Assembly (NCBI GenBank): GCA_050185455.1
Contig: JBFWZL010000003.1
Span: forward strand, 1 to 35,388
Length of the DNA: 35,388 nucleotides
Direction: 5' to 3'
From: Candidatus Binatia bacterium
GTDB taxonomy: Bacteria > Desulfobacterota > Binatia > Bin18
Below, in pieces: positions 8,708-18,057 of this stretch (position 1 is the stretch's first letter; each line of letters begins with the position of its first letter). The notes beneath the pieces are model-generated. The model saw only the letters and a program-made list of their open reading frames with translations, ran no database searches and was not told the DNA's origin. The position numbers and the translations under genes are program-made.

Positions 8708-9151
8708 CTATGAGGCGGTTTCTTTCCCAACGACTAACACGGGACAAGGCGAATAACGCACGACCCTCTCGGCGACACTACCAAGTAGGGCATGGCGCAC
8801 GCCAGTCCTTCCCTGCGTCCCCATGACAATCAAGTCAATCCGTTCTTCCTCGGCTACTCGACAGATATCGTTAAACGGTTCTCCTATCACAATTCGTATG
8901 TCGATCGCTACACCGTGACTTTGCTGCTTACTCTTCAGGTCGTGTAACTGGGTCTCCGCGGTATCTCGCAGTTTGGTCTCGAACTCTACGAGATCAGCCC
9001 CCGCGAGCATATGTGGATAATTCGGCTGAGGAATGACATGGCAAAGGTACAGATGAGAACGCCACTGTTCCGCCATAGTCACCGCCCAATTCAGCGCCTT
9101 TTCTGAATATTCAGAAAAATCAATCGGAACAAGAATACGACCAATGTCCAT
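8708..9151 (-). CDS. Universal stress protein (UspA family)
   Basis: ILVPIDFSEYSEKAL, DLIVMGTQGRTG...LLGSVAERVVRYSPCPVLVV. AAGGAG RBS before the ATG at 9151. Confidence 0.95.
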   Translation of the reverse strand: MDIGRILVPIDFSEYSEKALNWAVTMAEQWRSHLYLCHVIPQPNYPHMLAGADLVEFETKLRDTAETQLHDLKSKQQSHGVAIDIRIVIGEPFNDICRVAEEERIDLIVMGTQGRTGVRHALLGSVAERVVRYSPCPVLVVGKETAS

Positions 9152-9203
9152 TATCAAACTCCTTCCTTACTTTAATGCATAGCTTTCCAGATTAACCAAT
9201 TTC

Positions 9204-9219
9204 AGCAAGGGGGATGCCA
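9204..9219 (-). promoter_or_regulatory. Sigma54 -24/-12 promoter (usp)
   Basis: Minus strand TGGCATCCCCCTTGCT: GG-N10-GC with TTGC. Confidence 0.8.
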
Positions 9220-9336
9220 GCAACTTTGAGTTTTCCTTGTGGAAATTTTCCTATCTTTGCAAAATCTATTGGCCGTTGTTTCTTGAAGACAAGAATTTTC
9301 AGAGAGATTGCCGCTACATTCCCCAGCTTGTGAGCC

Positions 9337-9352
9337 CGGTATGGGACTTGCT
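9337..9352 (+). promoter_or_regulatory. Sigma54 -24/-12 promoter (pncB operon)
   Basis: CGGTATGGGACTTGCT: GG-N10-GC with TTGC. Confidence 0.72.
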
Positions 9353-9366
9353 CTTATCTCCTGTTC

Positions 9367-10767
9367 ATGAGTTCCCTAACGAGCGTCGCCTTATTTACCG
9401 ATTTGTATGAACTGACAATGGCGGCGAGTTACTTCCAGCATCAGATGTTTGCGCCCGCCACGTTTAGTCTATTCGTGCGCGAACTGCCGCCGCAGCGTGG
9501 ATTTCTGGTCGCTGTGGGTGTGGAAGAGGTGCTACGGACGCTCGAAGATTTCGCCTTCTCCGAAGAGGACATCGCCTTTCTCCGACAAGACGGACGATTT
9601 CACGCCGACTTCCTGGATTACTTGCAGACCTTGCGCTTCTCGGGCGAGGTCCACGCGTTTCCAGAAGGGCGGCTCTGTTTTGCCAACGAACCATTGTTAG
9701 AGATCACTGCTCCGATCATCGAATCCCAGATTATTGAAACCCTCGTGCTCAACTCCGTGCATGTGCAAACGCTCATTGCCAGCAAAGCTGCGCGTTGTTT
9801 CGCCGCCGCGCAAGGACGCATGTTAGTCGACTTTTCTTTACGTCGCACGCATGGAATCGACGCCGGACTCAAGGTGGCGCGCGCGAGTTACGTGGCGGGG
9901 TTTGATGGCACGAGTAACGTTCTCGCCGGAAAACTCTATAAGGTGCCATTTTATGGCACGATGGCGCACTCGTTTGTTGAAAGTTTTGATGATGAAGAGT
10001 CCTCCTTCGCCGCGTACGCCGAAACGTTCCCTGATGATACGGCGCTCTTGATCGATACCTATGACACGATTGCTGGCGCTCGACACGCCGCCCAAGTGGG
10101 ACGACAACTGCAACAACATGGGCATCGTCTGCGTGGGGTGCGCCTGGATAGTGGTGACCTTTTAACGCTGAGTCAGGAGACGCGCGCTATCCTTGATGCC
10201 GCTGGACTGACTTCCGCTCGCATCTACGCAAGTGGCGGGCTCAACGAAGAGAAAGTCGCCCGTTTGGTTGCCGCCGGTGCGCCCATCGATGTCTTTGGCG
10301 TTGGTACGGATATGGGGGTGAGTGGAGACGCGCCGTCCCTCGATATGGCCTACAAATTGGTGGAATACGCGGGAGCGCCTCGGCTCAAACTCAGCACAAA
10401 AAAGATCAGTCTCCTGGGGAAAAAGCAAGTTTTCCGTGTGACGGATGCGGCTGGGCGCTATCAAAGCGACATCATTGCGATGCGCGATGAACGTCCCGAA
10501 GACGTGGCGCCAGCGATTCCCAGAGAACGGATAGTCCCTCTTTTGACGCAAGTCATGGCTAGAGGAAAGCGAGTACAGCCGCAACCTTCACTGCAAGAAA
10601 CTCGGGCGCGGTTTCTTGCCGAATTCGCAAAACTTCCTGAAACGTACAAACAATTACAGCCACCGGAGCGTTACCCGGTTACTCTCAGTCCGGCTCTCGC
10701 CCGATTCCAAGAACAGTCTATTAGGCGGTTGCGCGCGCGTTACAGCGCCGCCACCGCGTCCGCATGA
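9367..10767 (+). CDS. pncB: Nicotinate phosphoribosyltransferase
   Basis: LFTDLYELTM, DFSLRRTH, GTSNVLAG, GTMAHS (phospho-His), LIDTYD, GVRLDSGD, ASGGL, YKLVEY. Confidence 0.96.
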   Translation: MSSLTSVALFTDLYELTMAASYFQHQMFAPATFSLFVRELPPQRGFLVAVGVEEVLRTLEDFAFSEEDIAFLRQDGRFHADFLDYLQTLRFSGEVHAFPEGRLCFANEPLLEITAPIIESQIIETLVLNSVHVQTLIASKAARCFAAAQGRMLVDFSLRRTHGIDAGLKVARASYVAGFDGTSNVLAGKLYKVPFYGTMAHSFVESFDDEESSFAAYAETFPDDTALLIDTYDTIAGARHAAQVGRQLQQHGHRLRGVRLDSGDLLTLSQETRAILDAAGLTSARIYASGGLNEEKVARLVAAGAPIDVFGVGTDMGVSGDAPSLDMAYKLVEYAGAPRLKLSTKKISLLGKKQVFRVTDAAGRYQSDIIAMRDERPEDVAPAIPRERIVPLLTQVMARGKRVQPQPSLQETRARFLAEFAKLPETYKQLQPPERYPVTLSPALARFQEQSIRRLRARYSAATASA

Positions 10768-10789
10768 AAGAAGAGAGAGGAGGAACACA

Positions 10790-11314
10790 ATGTCAACTAA
10801 AACCCAAGGCCGAGGCGGTGTGAAGACTCGACGCAATCTGGCGGAATTCAACGCCACAGATCCTTATCAGCCGCGCCTCGGTCCAGGCGAGGTCGCGGTT
10901 TGCACGGAATGCCACGCCTTGTATCAACGCCGTCATTGGTTCTTTGATCATGACGCCTATGTGCGTGAGACCATGCAGCCCACCACTCGTATGGTGCTCT
11001 GTCCCGCCTGTCAAAAAATTCGCGACCGCTATGCCGAGGGACAAGTGACACTCCGTCCCGGCTCCTTCCTCTCCGCGCACAAAGAAGAGATCATCCACTT
11101 GATTCGCAACGAAGAAGAACGCGCGAAAGGCTTTAATCCGCTGGAACGCATCGTGGAACTCAATGACTCGGACAATGGAATCATTGTAACGACGACAAAT
11201 GAGAAACTTGCTCAGCGAATTGGACGAACGCTGAAAAGCACGCATCAAGGGCAAACGACGTATCGTTGGTCCGATCCCAAATTTCTTTCAGTCGAATGGG
11301 AACGTCCAGATTAG
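10790..11314 (+). CDS. BCAM0308-family protein (two CxxC pairs, putative Zn-binding)
   Basis: DPY...VCTECHALY..RHW...LCPACQKIRD.YAEG.V.L...NPLERI...VTTTNEKLAQRIGR.L. GGAGG RBS before the ATG at 10790. Confidence 0.82.
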   Translation: MSTKTQGRGGVKTRRNLAEFNATDPYQPRLGPGEVAVCTECHALYQRRHWFFDHDAYVRETMQPTTRMVLCPACQKIRDRYAEGQVTLRPGSFLSAHKEEIIHLIRNEEERAKGFNPLERIVELNDSDNGIIVTTTNEKLAQRIGRTLKSTHQGQTTYRWSDPKFLSVEWERPD

Positions 11315-11357
11315 CTAGTAGCGACAAGAAGAACAGTGGCGGCGCATGGAAGAACAG

Positions 11358-11528
11358 CTAGTTATAGGCGCTCAACCCATAAAAGGCGTCGCCGCCGGGC
11401 GAAGAAATCAGCAGCGTGAATTCCCACGCCCCTTGCTGCATTTTGTCGTCCACTGTGTTGATGAGAGCGTGGACGGTTTCTTCCAAAACCGGAGCAAAAA
11501 ATTTCAAAACAGTTGGCTTCCCTTGCAT
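11358..11528 (-). pseudogene. Truncated ClpP/crotonase-like (S14-type) protease remnant
   Basis: VLKFFAPV.E.TV.ALI..VD....FTLLISSPGGDAFYGLSAYN* matches the ClpP N-terminal I(N/S)SPGG...G.AIY motif. It stops at TAG before the catalytic Ser. Confidence 0.7.
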
Positions 11529-11710
11529 TGCCGCGACTCCCACTCATCCTACGAGACAGACGCCGACACTGTAGCAGTGCGGTCGTCGTGTGACGACCAT
11601 TTTTGCAAAAATGAAAAAGATGAGAAAATTTTATTGCACTTCTGAGAACGTTTGCCTCCAGGTTCTTTGAGAACTGGTGAGAAAAAGCTGCGAATCACGC
11701 TCTGACGCCA

Positions 11711-11726
11711 CGGCAAGAGAATTGCG
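11711..11726 (+). promoter_or_regulatory. Sigma54 -24/-12 promoter (CBS gene)
   Basis: CGGCAAGAGAATTGCG: GG-N10-GC with TTGC. TGAGAA(A/C) repeats lie upstream at 11621, 11643, 11668 and 11678. Confidence 0.72.
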
Positions 11727-11768
11727 TAGGTTAATTGCATTCATGTCTTTGCCAAAGGAGGCGGTTGT

Positions 11769-12251
11769 ATGTCACTGCAAAAATTTTGTAAACGGCCTGT
11801 CGTGACGATTTCTCCGGACCAACCAATTGTCGCTGCGTGTCAGTTGCTTCGCGAAAAAAATGTCGGCTGTCTGGTTGCAGTCGAAAACGGCAAACTGAGC
11901 GGCATTCTGACGGATCGTGACATTGCTCTTCAAGTAACTGGTGAAAAGAAAGACCCGCAACAAATCAAGGTACGCGATGTGATGACCGCCAATCCGATGC
12001 GTATCGCCGTAAATAAGACCTTGCACGATCTCACCTCGCTTATGCACACGCATCACGTCCGGCGTATTCCCATTGTCGAGGGTGGAGACACGGTTATCGG
12101 CTTGGTTACACTAGATGATTTACTCATGCTTCTTGGCGAGGAAATGGCGGACATCGGTCAAGGAGTCTCCGGGGCGCTTTTCTACAAACCTTCGCCTACT
12201 GGACAAGAACCCTCGCCGATGCCGATAGAGTGGCTGATGTCGTACCTCTAG
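11769..12251 (+). CDS. CBS-pair domain protein (Hrp1/Rv2626c-like)
   Basis: VVTISPD, NVGCLVAVE.GKL.GILTDRDI, VRDVMT.NP, VRRIPIV...GLVTLDDLL. AAGGAGG RBS. Confidence 0.93.
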   Translation: MSLQKFCKRPVVTISPDQPIVAACQLLREKNVGCLVAVENGKLSGILTDRDIALQVTGEKKDPQQIKVRDVMTANPMRIAVNKTLHDLTSLMHTHHVRRIPIVEGGDTVIGLVTLDDLLMLLGEEMADIGQGVSGALFYKPSPTGQEPSPMPIEWLMSYL

Positions 12252-12283
12252 TGGTTTTTTACAGGCAAGTGAGTAATACGGTT

Positions 12284-12314
12284 CCTTGTAGAGGTGTGGC
12301 GCGCCCCTACAAGG
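12284..12314. repeat. Degenerate GTAG-type REP-like hairpin
   Basis: CCTTGTAG-AGGTG-TGGCG-CGCCC-CTACAAGG: perfect 8-bp outer IR with an imperfect inner stem. Confidence 0.55.
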
Positions 12315-12341
12315 GGCTACCCTGCGTAGAGGCTTTTCGAC

Positions 12342-13211
12342 ATGGAAACGCTGCTTCCAAATGCCGAGATCGCCCGCCGCCTTGAAGAAGTGGCGTGGTT
12401 GCTAGAAGAGCAAGGCGCGAATCCGTATCGGGTGCAGGCTTATCGTCATGGCGCGGATACCTTGCGTTACCTCCGGCGCTCGGTAGCCGACTTGGTGTAT
12501 GAAGCAGGAGTCGAGGGATTATATCGCCTGCCTGGTATCGGGGAGAGTTTAGCCCGATCTATTCGCGAACTCGTGTTGACGGGCAGATTGCCCATACTCG
12601 ATCGACTCCGGGGGGAAGCTGAGCCGGAAAAGTTGCTTGCTTCCGTTCCCGGCATCGGTCCGGTATTGGCGGAACGACTCCATCACGATTTAAGCATTGA
12701 AACTCTGGGAGAACTTGAAGCGGCCGCTCATGACGGACGCCTTGAGACGCTGGCGGGAATTGGCAAGAAGAAGCTTGCGGGCATTATGGACTCCCTGGCG
12801 ACGCGCCTGGGTCGTATACCCAGGTTTCAACACGCGACAACAGCGGAAGAACCTCTCGTCGTGGAACTCTTAGACGTTGACCGCGAGTATCGCGAAAAAG
12901 CCAAGGCTGGCCAGTTACGACGGATTGTGCCACACCGTTTCAATCCCAGTCGTGAGGCGTGGCTACCAGTGTTGCACACCCAGCGTGGCGAGCGGCACTA
13001 TACGGCGCTTTTTTCCAATACGGCGCGGGCGCATAAGCTCGGCAAAATTCACGATTGGGTTGTACTTTATTATGACGGCGGTGCTGGAGAGCGCCAGGCG
13101 ACGATTATTACGAGTCAACGAGAACCGCTTTTCGGGAAGCGGATCGTACGCGGGCGTGAGGACGAGTGCGCTGCACACTATCGAAAACTCCAGATGTCAA
13201 TTCCAGGTTGA
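12342..13211 (+). CDS. Helix-hairpin-helix DNA-binding protein (PolX-like N-terminus plus uncharacterised C-terminal domain)
   Basis: NAEIARRLEEVA.LLE.QGANPYRVQAYR, three HhH motifs (LPGIG, VPGIG, LAGIG), then RFNPSREAWLPVLH...YTALFSNTARAH...DWVVLY. No PolX DxD nucleotidyltransferase motif or PHP domain seen. Confidence 0.85.
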   Translation: METLLPNAEIARRLEEVAWLLEEQGANPYRVQAYRHGADTLRYLRRSVADLVYEAGVEGLYRLPGIGESLARSIRELVLTGRLPILDRLRGEAEPEKLLASVPGIGPVLAERLHHDLSIETLGELEAAAHDGRLETLAGIGKKKLAGIMDSLATRLGRIPRFQHATTAEEPLVVELLDVDREYREKAKAGQLRRIVPHRFNPSREAWLPVLHTQRGERHYTALFSNTARAHKLGKIHDWVVLYYDGGAGERQATIITSQREPLFGKRIVRGREDECAAHYRKLQMSIPG

Positions 13212-13312
13212 GCGCGGCCTTGTTGCATTTTCGCCGCGCTATCCACTGCGCTGCGTCAGTCGCTTTTGCGACACACTTCGCAAACTCTAGTCTTCCAGGT
13301 ATACATGCACGA

Positions 13313-14476
13313 ATGATGCTCTCAGCGTCACGACGAGCAGGCTCCGATCCACTGTGGTCGTATCATCAGGCGGGCGGCCCTGAACGCATTCTCTCGTTCT
13401 ATGATCCGTCCACTCAAATGCGCGCGATCATTGTGATTGACACTACCGCTTTTGGGGTAAGCGCCGGTGGCGTGCGCATGCTGCCGGATCTCTCTCTGAG
13501 GGAAATGATCCGCCTGGCGCGCGCCATGACCTACAAATACTTGATGTTGGAAGTCCGCTGTGGCGGCGCAAAAGCCGGGGTCTGGTACGATCCCACCACG
13601 CACGATCGGCGCGCGATATGGTCAGGGTTTCTGGATGCTCTGCGACCATTGGTGGAAAGACGGCTCTATCTACCGGGAGCAGACATGGGCACAGTGGAAG
13701 AAGATTTTCTTCCACTGTATACAAATGGCTCCCGTCCGCGTTCCGGTGGACTGTTGACTCAAGTGGTTGAAGGACTTGCTCTGGAAGACCAGTTGACCGG
13801 CTTTGGGGTGGTCGAATCTTTACTCGTGGCGGCGAAATTTTTTGGTGTCCCATTGAGTAACGCTACCGTAGCCGTCGAAGGCTTTGGCAAGGTCGGCGGC
13901 GGTGCGGCGCGGTTTTGCGTGCGCGCCGGCGCGCGTGTGGTTGCGGTGTCAACCCTCGCTGGCGCACGCTATGATCCCGAGGGCCTTGATATCGAGCAAT
14001 TACTCGCCTTGAGACAGGCGCATGGAGATGCGAGTGTGCGTTACTATCCTCGCGGCAAGCTTCTATCGCCAAGGCGATTGTTGACGTTGCCGGTTGATGT
14101 ACTCATCCCCGGAGCCCGACCGGATGCGGTCACGGTCCGGAACGTGGACCGGATTCAAGCAAAGATAATTGTTCCGGGAGCGAACATTCCGTTCACCGTG
14201 GATATTGCTAATCGCCTTTCTGTGCGGGGTATCGGTGTGGTGCCGGATTTTGTCGCCAACGGGGGTGGGGTGCTCGCCGCGCTTGCTGATATCCAGGGAT
14301 TGGACACTGCCGGTGCGTTTGCCTCGGTGCGCGATCGGATTACTGCCACAACGACCTTAGTGCTAGAACGAAGCCAAGAGCAGCAGTGCACGCCTTTTGC
14401 CGCTGCTTTACAAATTTGTCGGGAACGCTGGCAACGCACCGCGCCTGTGGGACGGGAATGGATAACGGGAGAATAG
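13313..14476 (+). CDS. Glu/Leu/Phe/Val dehydrogenase family protein
   Basis: GGVRM, LARAMTYK, GGAKAG (catalytic Lys), GADMGT, TGFGV, Rossmann VEGFGKVG, PGAN, VPDFVANGGGV. Start placed after the upstream gene's stop. Confidence 0.88.
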   Translation: MMLSASRRAGSDPLWSYHQAGGPERILSFYDPSTQMRAIIVIDTTAFGVSAGGVRMLPDLSLREMIRLARAMTYKYLMLEVRCGGAKAGVWYDPTTHDRRAIWSGFLDALRPLVERRLYLPGADMGTVEEDFLPLYTNGSRPRSGGLLTQVVEGLALEDQLTGFGVVESLLVAAKFFGVPLSNATVAVEGFGKVGGGAARFCVRAGARVVAVSTLAGARYDPEGLDIEQLLALRQAHGDASVRYYPRGKLLSPRRLLTLPVDVLIPGARPDAVTVRNVDRIQAKIIVPGANIPFTVDIANRLSVRGIGVVPDFVANGGGVLAALADIQGLDTAGAFASVRDRITATTTLVLERSQEQQCTPFAAALQICRERWQRTAPVGREWITGE

Positions 14477-14582
14477 AGGATGGTAAGGGCGGCGACTTCA
14501 ACAACGCCGCAAAAAAGGAAGGGGCTGCAAATTTCGTCTACATCTACCCTTTTTCTGATCGAGCATCCATAGGCTCTTTTAA

Positions 14583-14598
14583 CGGTCTGGGAATTGCT
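14583..14598 (+). promoter_or_regulatory. Putative sigma54 -24/-12 promoter (ICMT-like gene)
   Basis: CGGTCTGGGAATTGCT: GG-N10-GC with TTGC. Confidence 0.58.
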
Positions 14599-14720
14599 CT
14601 ACCCTTCTGTTGTTTTTTGCTTTGAAAGATTCTGTATTCCCTATGTCTTCTTTTTCTTCTTCTTCATCTCTGGAACTGCTTGCCGAATCTTCTCTTCTGC
14701 TTGATGACGGAAACAGATTC

Positions 14721-15488
14721 ATGCGCACGATGCGACGCTGTCTTGTGCCGATGGGACACTTCTTTTTTTCTGCGCGAAACATCCTTTTTCCGCTGACCTT
14801 TATCGGTTTGCTGGTCTTAACCCAGCCGGAGTTTCCTTATGGCAGTGAGCTGGGTGATTGGTGGTTGGACCTCTGCGGGCTTGTCGTTGTTCTTAGTGGT
14901 CAGGCCTGTCGCGCTCTCGCTATTGGCCAAGCTGAAAATATTCGACGAGGCGGGAGAGGGAAGCGTGTTGCCGCGAAGCGATTGATCAATCACGGTATCT
15001 ATGCGCACACGCGCAACCCTTTGTATTTAGGGAACCTGTTGATTATCGGAGGACTAGGACTGATCGCCAATAACTACTGGTGGTATCTCATCGCTCTCCC
15101 AGTGTTTGTTGGCGTGTATTGGAGCATCGTTTTTGCCGAGGAAGGATTTTTGCTGCGGCAGTTCGGGCAAGAGTACGTAGCATACTATCAGTCGGTTAAT
15201 CGGTTTCTTCCCCGTCTTTCAGGGCTTGACCGATCTTGTCGGCAGGGTGCGTTTGATTGGAAACGTGTCTTTCGGAAAGAGTACAGTATTGCCTGCAGCT
15301 GGATGGCCATGGCCATTATCCTATTGATTTGGGAACAGTGGGAAGGCTTTGGGTATGTCGCCAGGAGAACTGAGATCCAGGAATTGTCGTTCCTCCTACT
15401 GAGTGTGTTTGTCTTGTATGTCGGTATTGTCGGTTGGAGAATTCGCGGCAAGGCGCTGTCGGAGAAGACTTCGTCCCGAGAACCTTGA
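14721..15488 (+). CDS. Isoprenylcysteine carboxyl methyltransferase / PEMT family membrane methyltransferase
   Basis: LINHGIYAHTRNPLYLGN, EEGFL..QFG.EY..Y...VNRFLP and several TM helices. Start uncertain (14610-14751). Confidence 0.85.
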   Translation: MRTMRRCLVPMGHFFFSARNILFPLTFIGLLVLTQPEFPYGSELGDWWLDLCGLVVVLSGQACRALAIGQAENIRRGGRGKRVAAKRLINHGIYAHTRNPLYLGNLLIIGGLGLIANNYWWYLIALPVFVGVYWSIVFAEEGFLLRQFGQEYVAYYQSVNRFLPRLSGLDRSCRQGAFDWKRVFRKEYSIACSWMAMAIILLIWEQWEGFGYVARRTEIQELSFLLLSVFVLYVGIVGWRIRGKALSEKTSSREP

Positions 15489-15528
15489 GAAACGCATTCC
15501 TGGCGTTCTCCCATCAGGAAACCAAGCG

Positions 15529-15780
15529 CTAGGCTTCCTTGATCCGTCCGCGCAAATACGCAACGCATCCGTTCAGATTCGTCATCTGCGGATAGTCCGC
15601 TTCAGGGATCTCAACTCCCGTGACTTCGTGGATGGCGATTATCCAATTCAGGATGTCCATAGAGTCCAGGTCAAGCTGTTCTCGCAAGTCGACCGCAGGA
15701 TCGAGTTGTTCAGTCTCGGCCTCTGGGGCAATGTTCCCAAGTTCACGAAGAACTAATGTTTTGATCTCTTCGTCCGTCAT
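15529..15780 (-). CDS. Acyl carrier protein (phosphopantetheine-binding)
   Basis: 83 aa, acidic, LDLDSMD attachment motif, GVEIPEADY. ATGA overlap with the pdhC stop. Confidence 0.9.
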   Translation of the reverse strand: MTDEEIKTLVLRELGNIAPEAETEQLDPAVDLREQLDLDSMDILNWIIAIHEVTGVEIPEADYPQMTNLNGCVAYLRGRIKEA

Positions 15781-17063
15781 AATTTCTCCGGTGTCTGTAA
15801 CAAGCGGTCGATGGCGGATACGAATAGTCCGCCGCGATGCCCGTCGCTCGCGCGATGGTCGGCCGCCAGCGAGGCCATAATCACGGGTTTGGCTCCCACC
15901 ATGCCGTTAGCAGCCCAGGGGCGTTCGACGATCTTTCCGAAACCCACAAGCGCCACTTGTGGAGGATAAATAACGCCAAAGACCGTCTCCACCCCTTGTT
16001 CACCGAGGCTTGTTACGGTGAGGGTGGCGTCGGCAATCTCGGAACTGCGCAGGACGCCCGCCCGCACTCGCTTCACTAAGTCGCGTAGATTAGCCATGAT
16101 TTCGTCAAGATTTTTCTTGTCAACGTCATGAATAGCGGGCGCTATAAGCCCACCTTGGCGGAGAGTAATCGCCACTCCCACGTGCACGGCGTCGCTCGGC
16201 TTAAATGCGTCATCGACCCAGAAGCCATTCATCTCGGGGAATTCGCGTGCGGCCACCGCCACCGCTTTCAGCAGCAGCACGGAATACAACATACGTTCGG
16301 TGACTGGACGTTTGAGATTTTCCGCTTGCAACCATGTCAGCGCCTTACTCACCTCGATATGAGAGCCTAAATAATAATGGGGAATCTCTCGTTTGGAGCG
16401 AGACATGGCGGCGGCAATGGCCTTGCGCATCGCCGTCTGACGATCCGCTGGGGCCATCGCTGGTTTGGCTGGTGGAACAACCTTCGGCGCCCTGGCCGAA
16501 GGCGCTGGCGTCAGAGGCGGTGGAGTCACTGTGGGAGCCGTTTTCGGCGTCGACTGTGTGGCGGCTGCCCGCTTCACATCGGCTTGGGTAATCGCTCCGT
16601 CTAAACCAGTCCCTTTGACTACGGAGACATCTACCCCCAACTCCATAGCTGTACGTATGGCGAGCGGGGAAATCCGCAAACGATCAGAGGAAGTGGCTGG
16701 CGCTTTGCGGGGAAGCGGTTGTTTGGCGCGAGGTCGCGCTGGTGATAGTGACGGAGGAACGGCCTTCGGAAGAGGAGGGGGAGGCGGTGGTTTTTCGGCT
16801 GGTGCGGCTGTCGGTCGCGCTTTTTCACCATCCGCGCTCATAATAGCGAGCACGGCTCCGACCGGAACCGTCTCGCCTATTTGCACGACGAGGTTTTCAA
16901 TGACCCCATTCTCAAACACTTCGATCTCGATGGCGGCTTTTTCCGTATCGACCACGGCGATGATATCGCCACGCTTGACCGCGTCGCCAGGTTGAACGAG
17001 CCACTGAATTAAGGTGCCGACTTCCATGTCAGCGCCGAGCGATGGCATACGAAACTCAGCCAT
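15777..17063 (-). CDS. pdhC: Dihydrolipoamide acyltransferase (E2)
   Basis: Lipoyl domain (MPSLGADM...VDTEKAAIE), subunit-binding domain (SPLA...[13 protein letters not shown]), catalytic domain with DHRASDG. Confidence 0.93.
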   Translation of the reverse strand: MAEFRMPSLGADMEVGTLIQWLVQPGDAVKRGDIIAVVDTEKAAIEIEVFENGVIENLVVQIGETVPVGAVLAIMSADGEKARPTAAPAEKPPPPPPLPKAVPPSLSPARPRAKQPLPRKAPATSSDRLRISPLAIRTAMELGVDVSVVKGTGLDGAITQADVKRAAATQSTPKTAPTVTPPPLTPAPSARAPKVVPPAKPAMAPADRQTAMRKAIAAAMSRSKREIPHYYLGSHIEVSKALTWLQAENLKRPVTERMLYSVLLLKAVAVAAREFPEMNGFWVDDAFKPSDAVHVGVAITLRQGGLIAPAIHDVDKKNLDEIMANLRDLVKRVRAGVLRSSEIADATLTVTSLGEQGVETVFGVIYPPQVALVGFGKIVERPWAANGMVGAKPVIMASLAADHRASDGHRGGLFVSAIDRLLQTPEKL

Positions 17064-18057
17064 GGGTCCCTACCAGGTGCTGAACGGTCGTGACAATTGT
17101 TGGCGCCTGTGGAACTGCCGCGTCCTCCAAATGTTTGGGGTACGGCATCGGCGCTTCGGCGCTACATACACGTGCGACTGGCGCATCGAGTTCGTAGAAT
17201 GCGTTTTCCATGATGCGCGCGCTGATCTCGGCTGCAATACTGCCGCTACGCCAACCTTCGTCAATAATCACTGCGCGATGGGTGCGAATGACTGAATCGA
17301 GCAAGGTGTCGTTATCAAGTGGTCGTAAAGTGCGCAGGTCGACCACTTCGGCGTTTATCCCCAGGCCTGAGAGTTCTTCCGCGGCTTGGAGCGTCTTCCC
17401 CAGCGTGCCGCCGTAAGTAATAAGGCTGACATCCGTCCCGGGACGGCGTATTGCCGCTTTATCAATATCCACTGCTCCCGCCTCTTCCGCGAGTTCCCCC
17501 TCCAGGTTGTACAAACTACCATGCTCGAAGATCAGCACCGGATCTGGGTCTTGCAACGCAGTCCATAGCATCCCGCGGGCATCCTCCACCGTGGCTGGCG
17601 TCAATACCTTGAGGCCGGGAATATGGGCGTACCAGCCTTCGAGACTATGGGAGTGTTGCGCCGCGAGTTGCCGTCCCGCACCCGTGGTCATGCGGATCAC
17701 CAGGGGAATGTTGAACTGCCCGCCGGACATGTGCAGGATCGTGGCGGCGTTGTTGACAATCTGGTCAAGCGCCAGGAGGCTGAAATTGACGGTCATGATC
17801 TCCACGATCGGGCGCATGCCCCCCAGGGCGGCTCCGATCCCGGCGCCAACAAACGCCGACTCTGATAACGGCGTGTCTCGGATACGCTCTGGGCCAAACT
17901 CCTCCAACAGTCCTTTGCTGACCGCGAAACAACCGCCATAACGGCCGACATCCTCACCCATGAGGAATACGCGGGGATCTTGTTGCAGGGCGTCGCGGAT
18001 CGCCTGCCGCATGGCTTCGCGGTACGTCATGCGGTTCTTTTTTGTTTCCGTTGTCAT
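17056..18057 (-). CDS. pdhB: 2-oxoacid (pyruvate) dehydrogenase E1 beta subunit
   Basis: [39 protein letters not shown]. Confidence 0.95.
   Translation of the reverse strand: MTTETKKNRMTYREAMRQAIRDALQQDPRVFLMGEDVGRYGGCFAVSKGLLEEFGPERIRDTPLSESAFVGAGIGAALGGMRPIVEIMTVNFSLLALDQIVNNAATILHMSGGQFNIPLVIRMTTGAGRQLAAQHSHSLEGWYAHIPGLKVLTPATVEDARGMLWTALQDPDPVLIFEHGSLYNLEGELAEEAGAVDIDKAAIRRPGTDVSLITYGGTLGKTLQAAEELSGLGINAEVVDLRTLRPLDNDTLLDSVIRTHRAVIIDEGWRSGSIAAEISARIMENAFYELDAPVARVCSAEAPMPYPKHLEDAAVPQAPTIVTTVQHLVGTHG

Noticed and set aside
10616-10789. Long N-terminal extension of the BCAM0308-like ORF
   Set aside because: It overlaps pncB, and a strong GGAGG RBS supports the ATG at 10790.
11346-11645. 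99-aa plus-strand ORF between the BCAM0308-like and CBS genes
   Set aside because: It is antisense to the ClpP-like remnant, runs through the AT-rich regulatory region, and has no recognisable motif.
13166-13312. N-terminal extension of the amino-acid dehydrogenase ORF, or a possible frameshift fusion with the HhH gene
   Set aside because: It overlaps the complete HhH gene, family similarity starts later, and I saw no slippery site.
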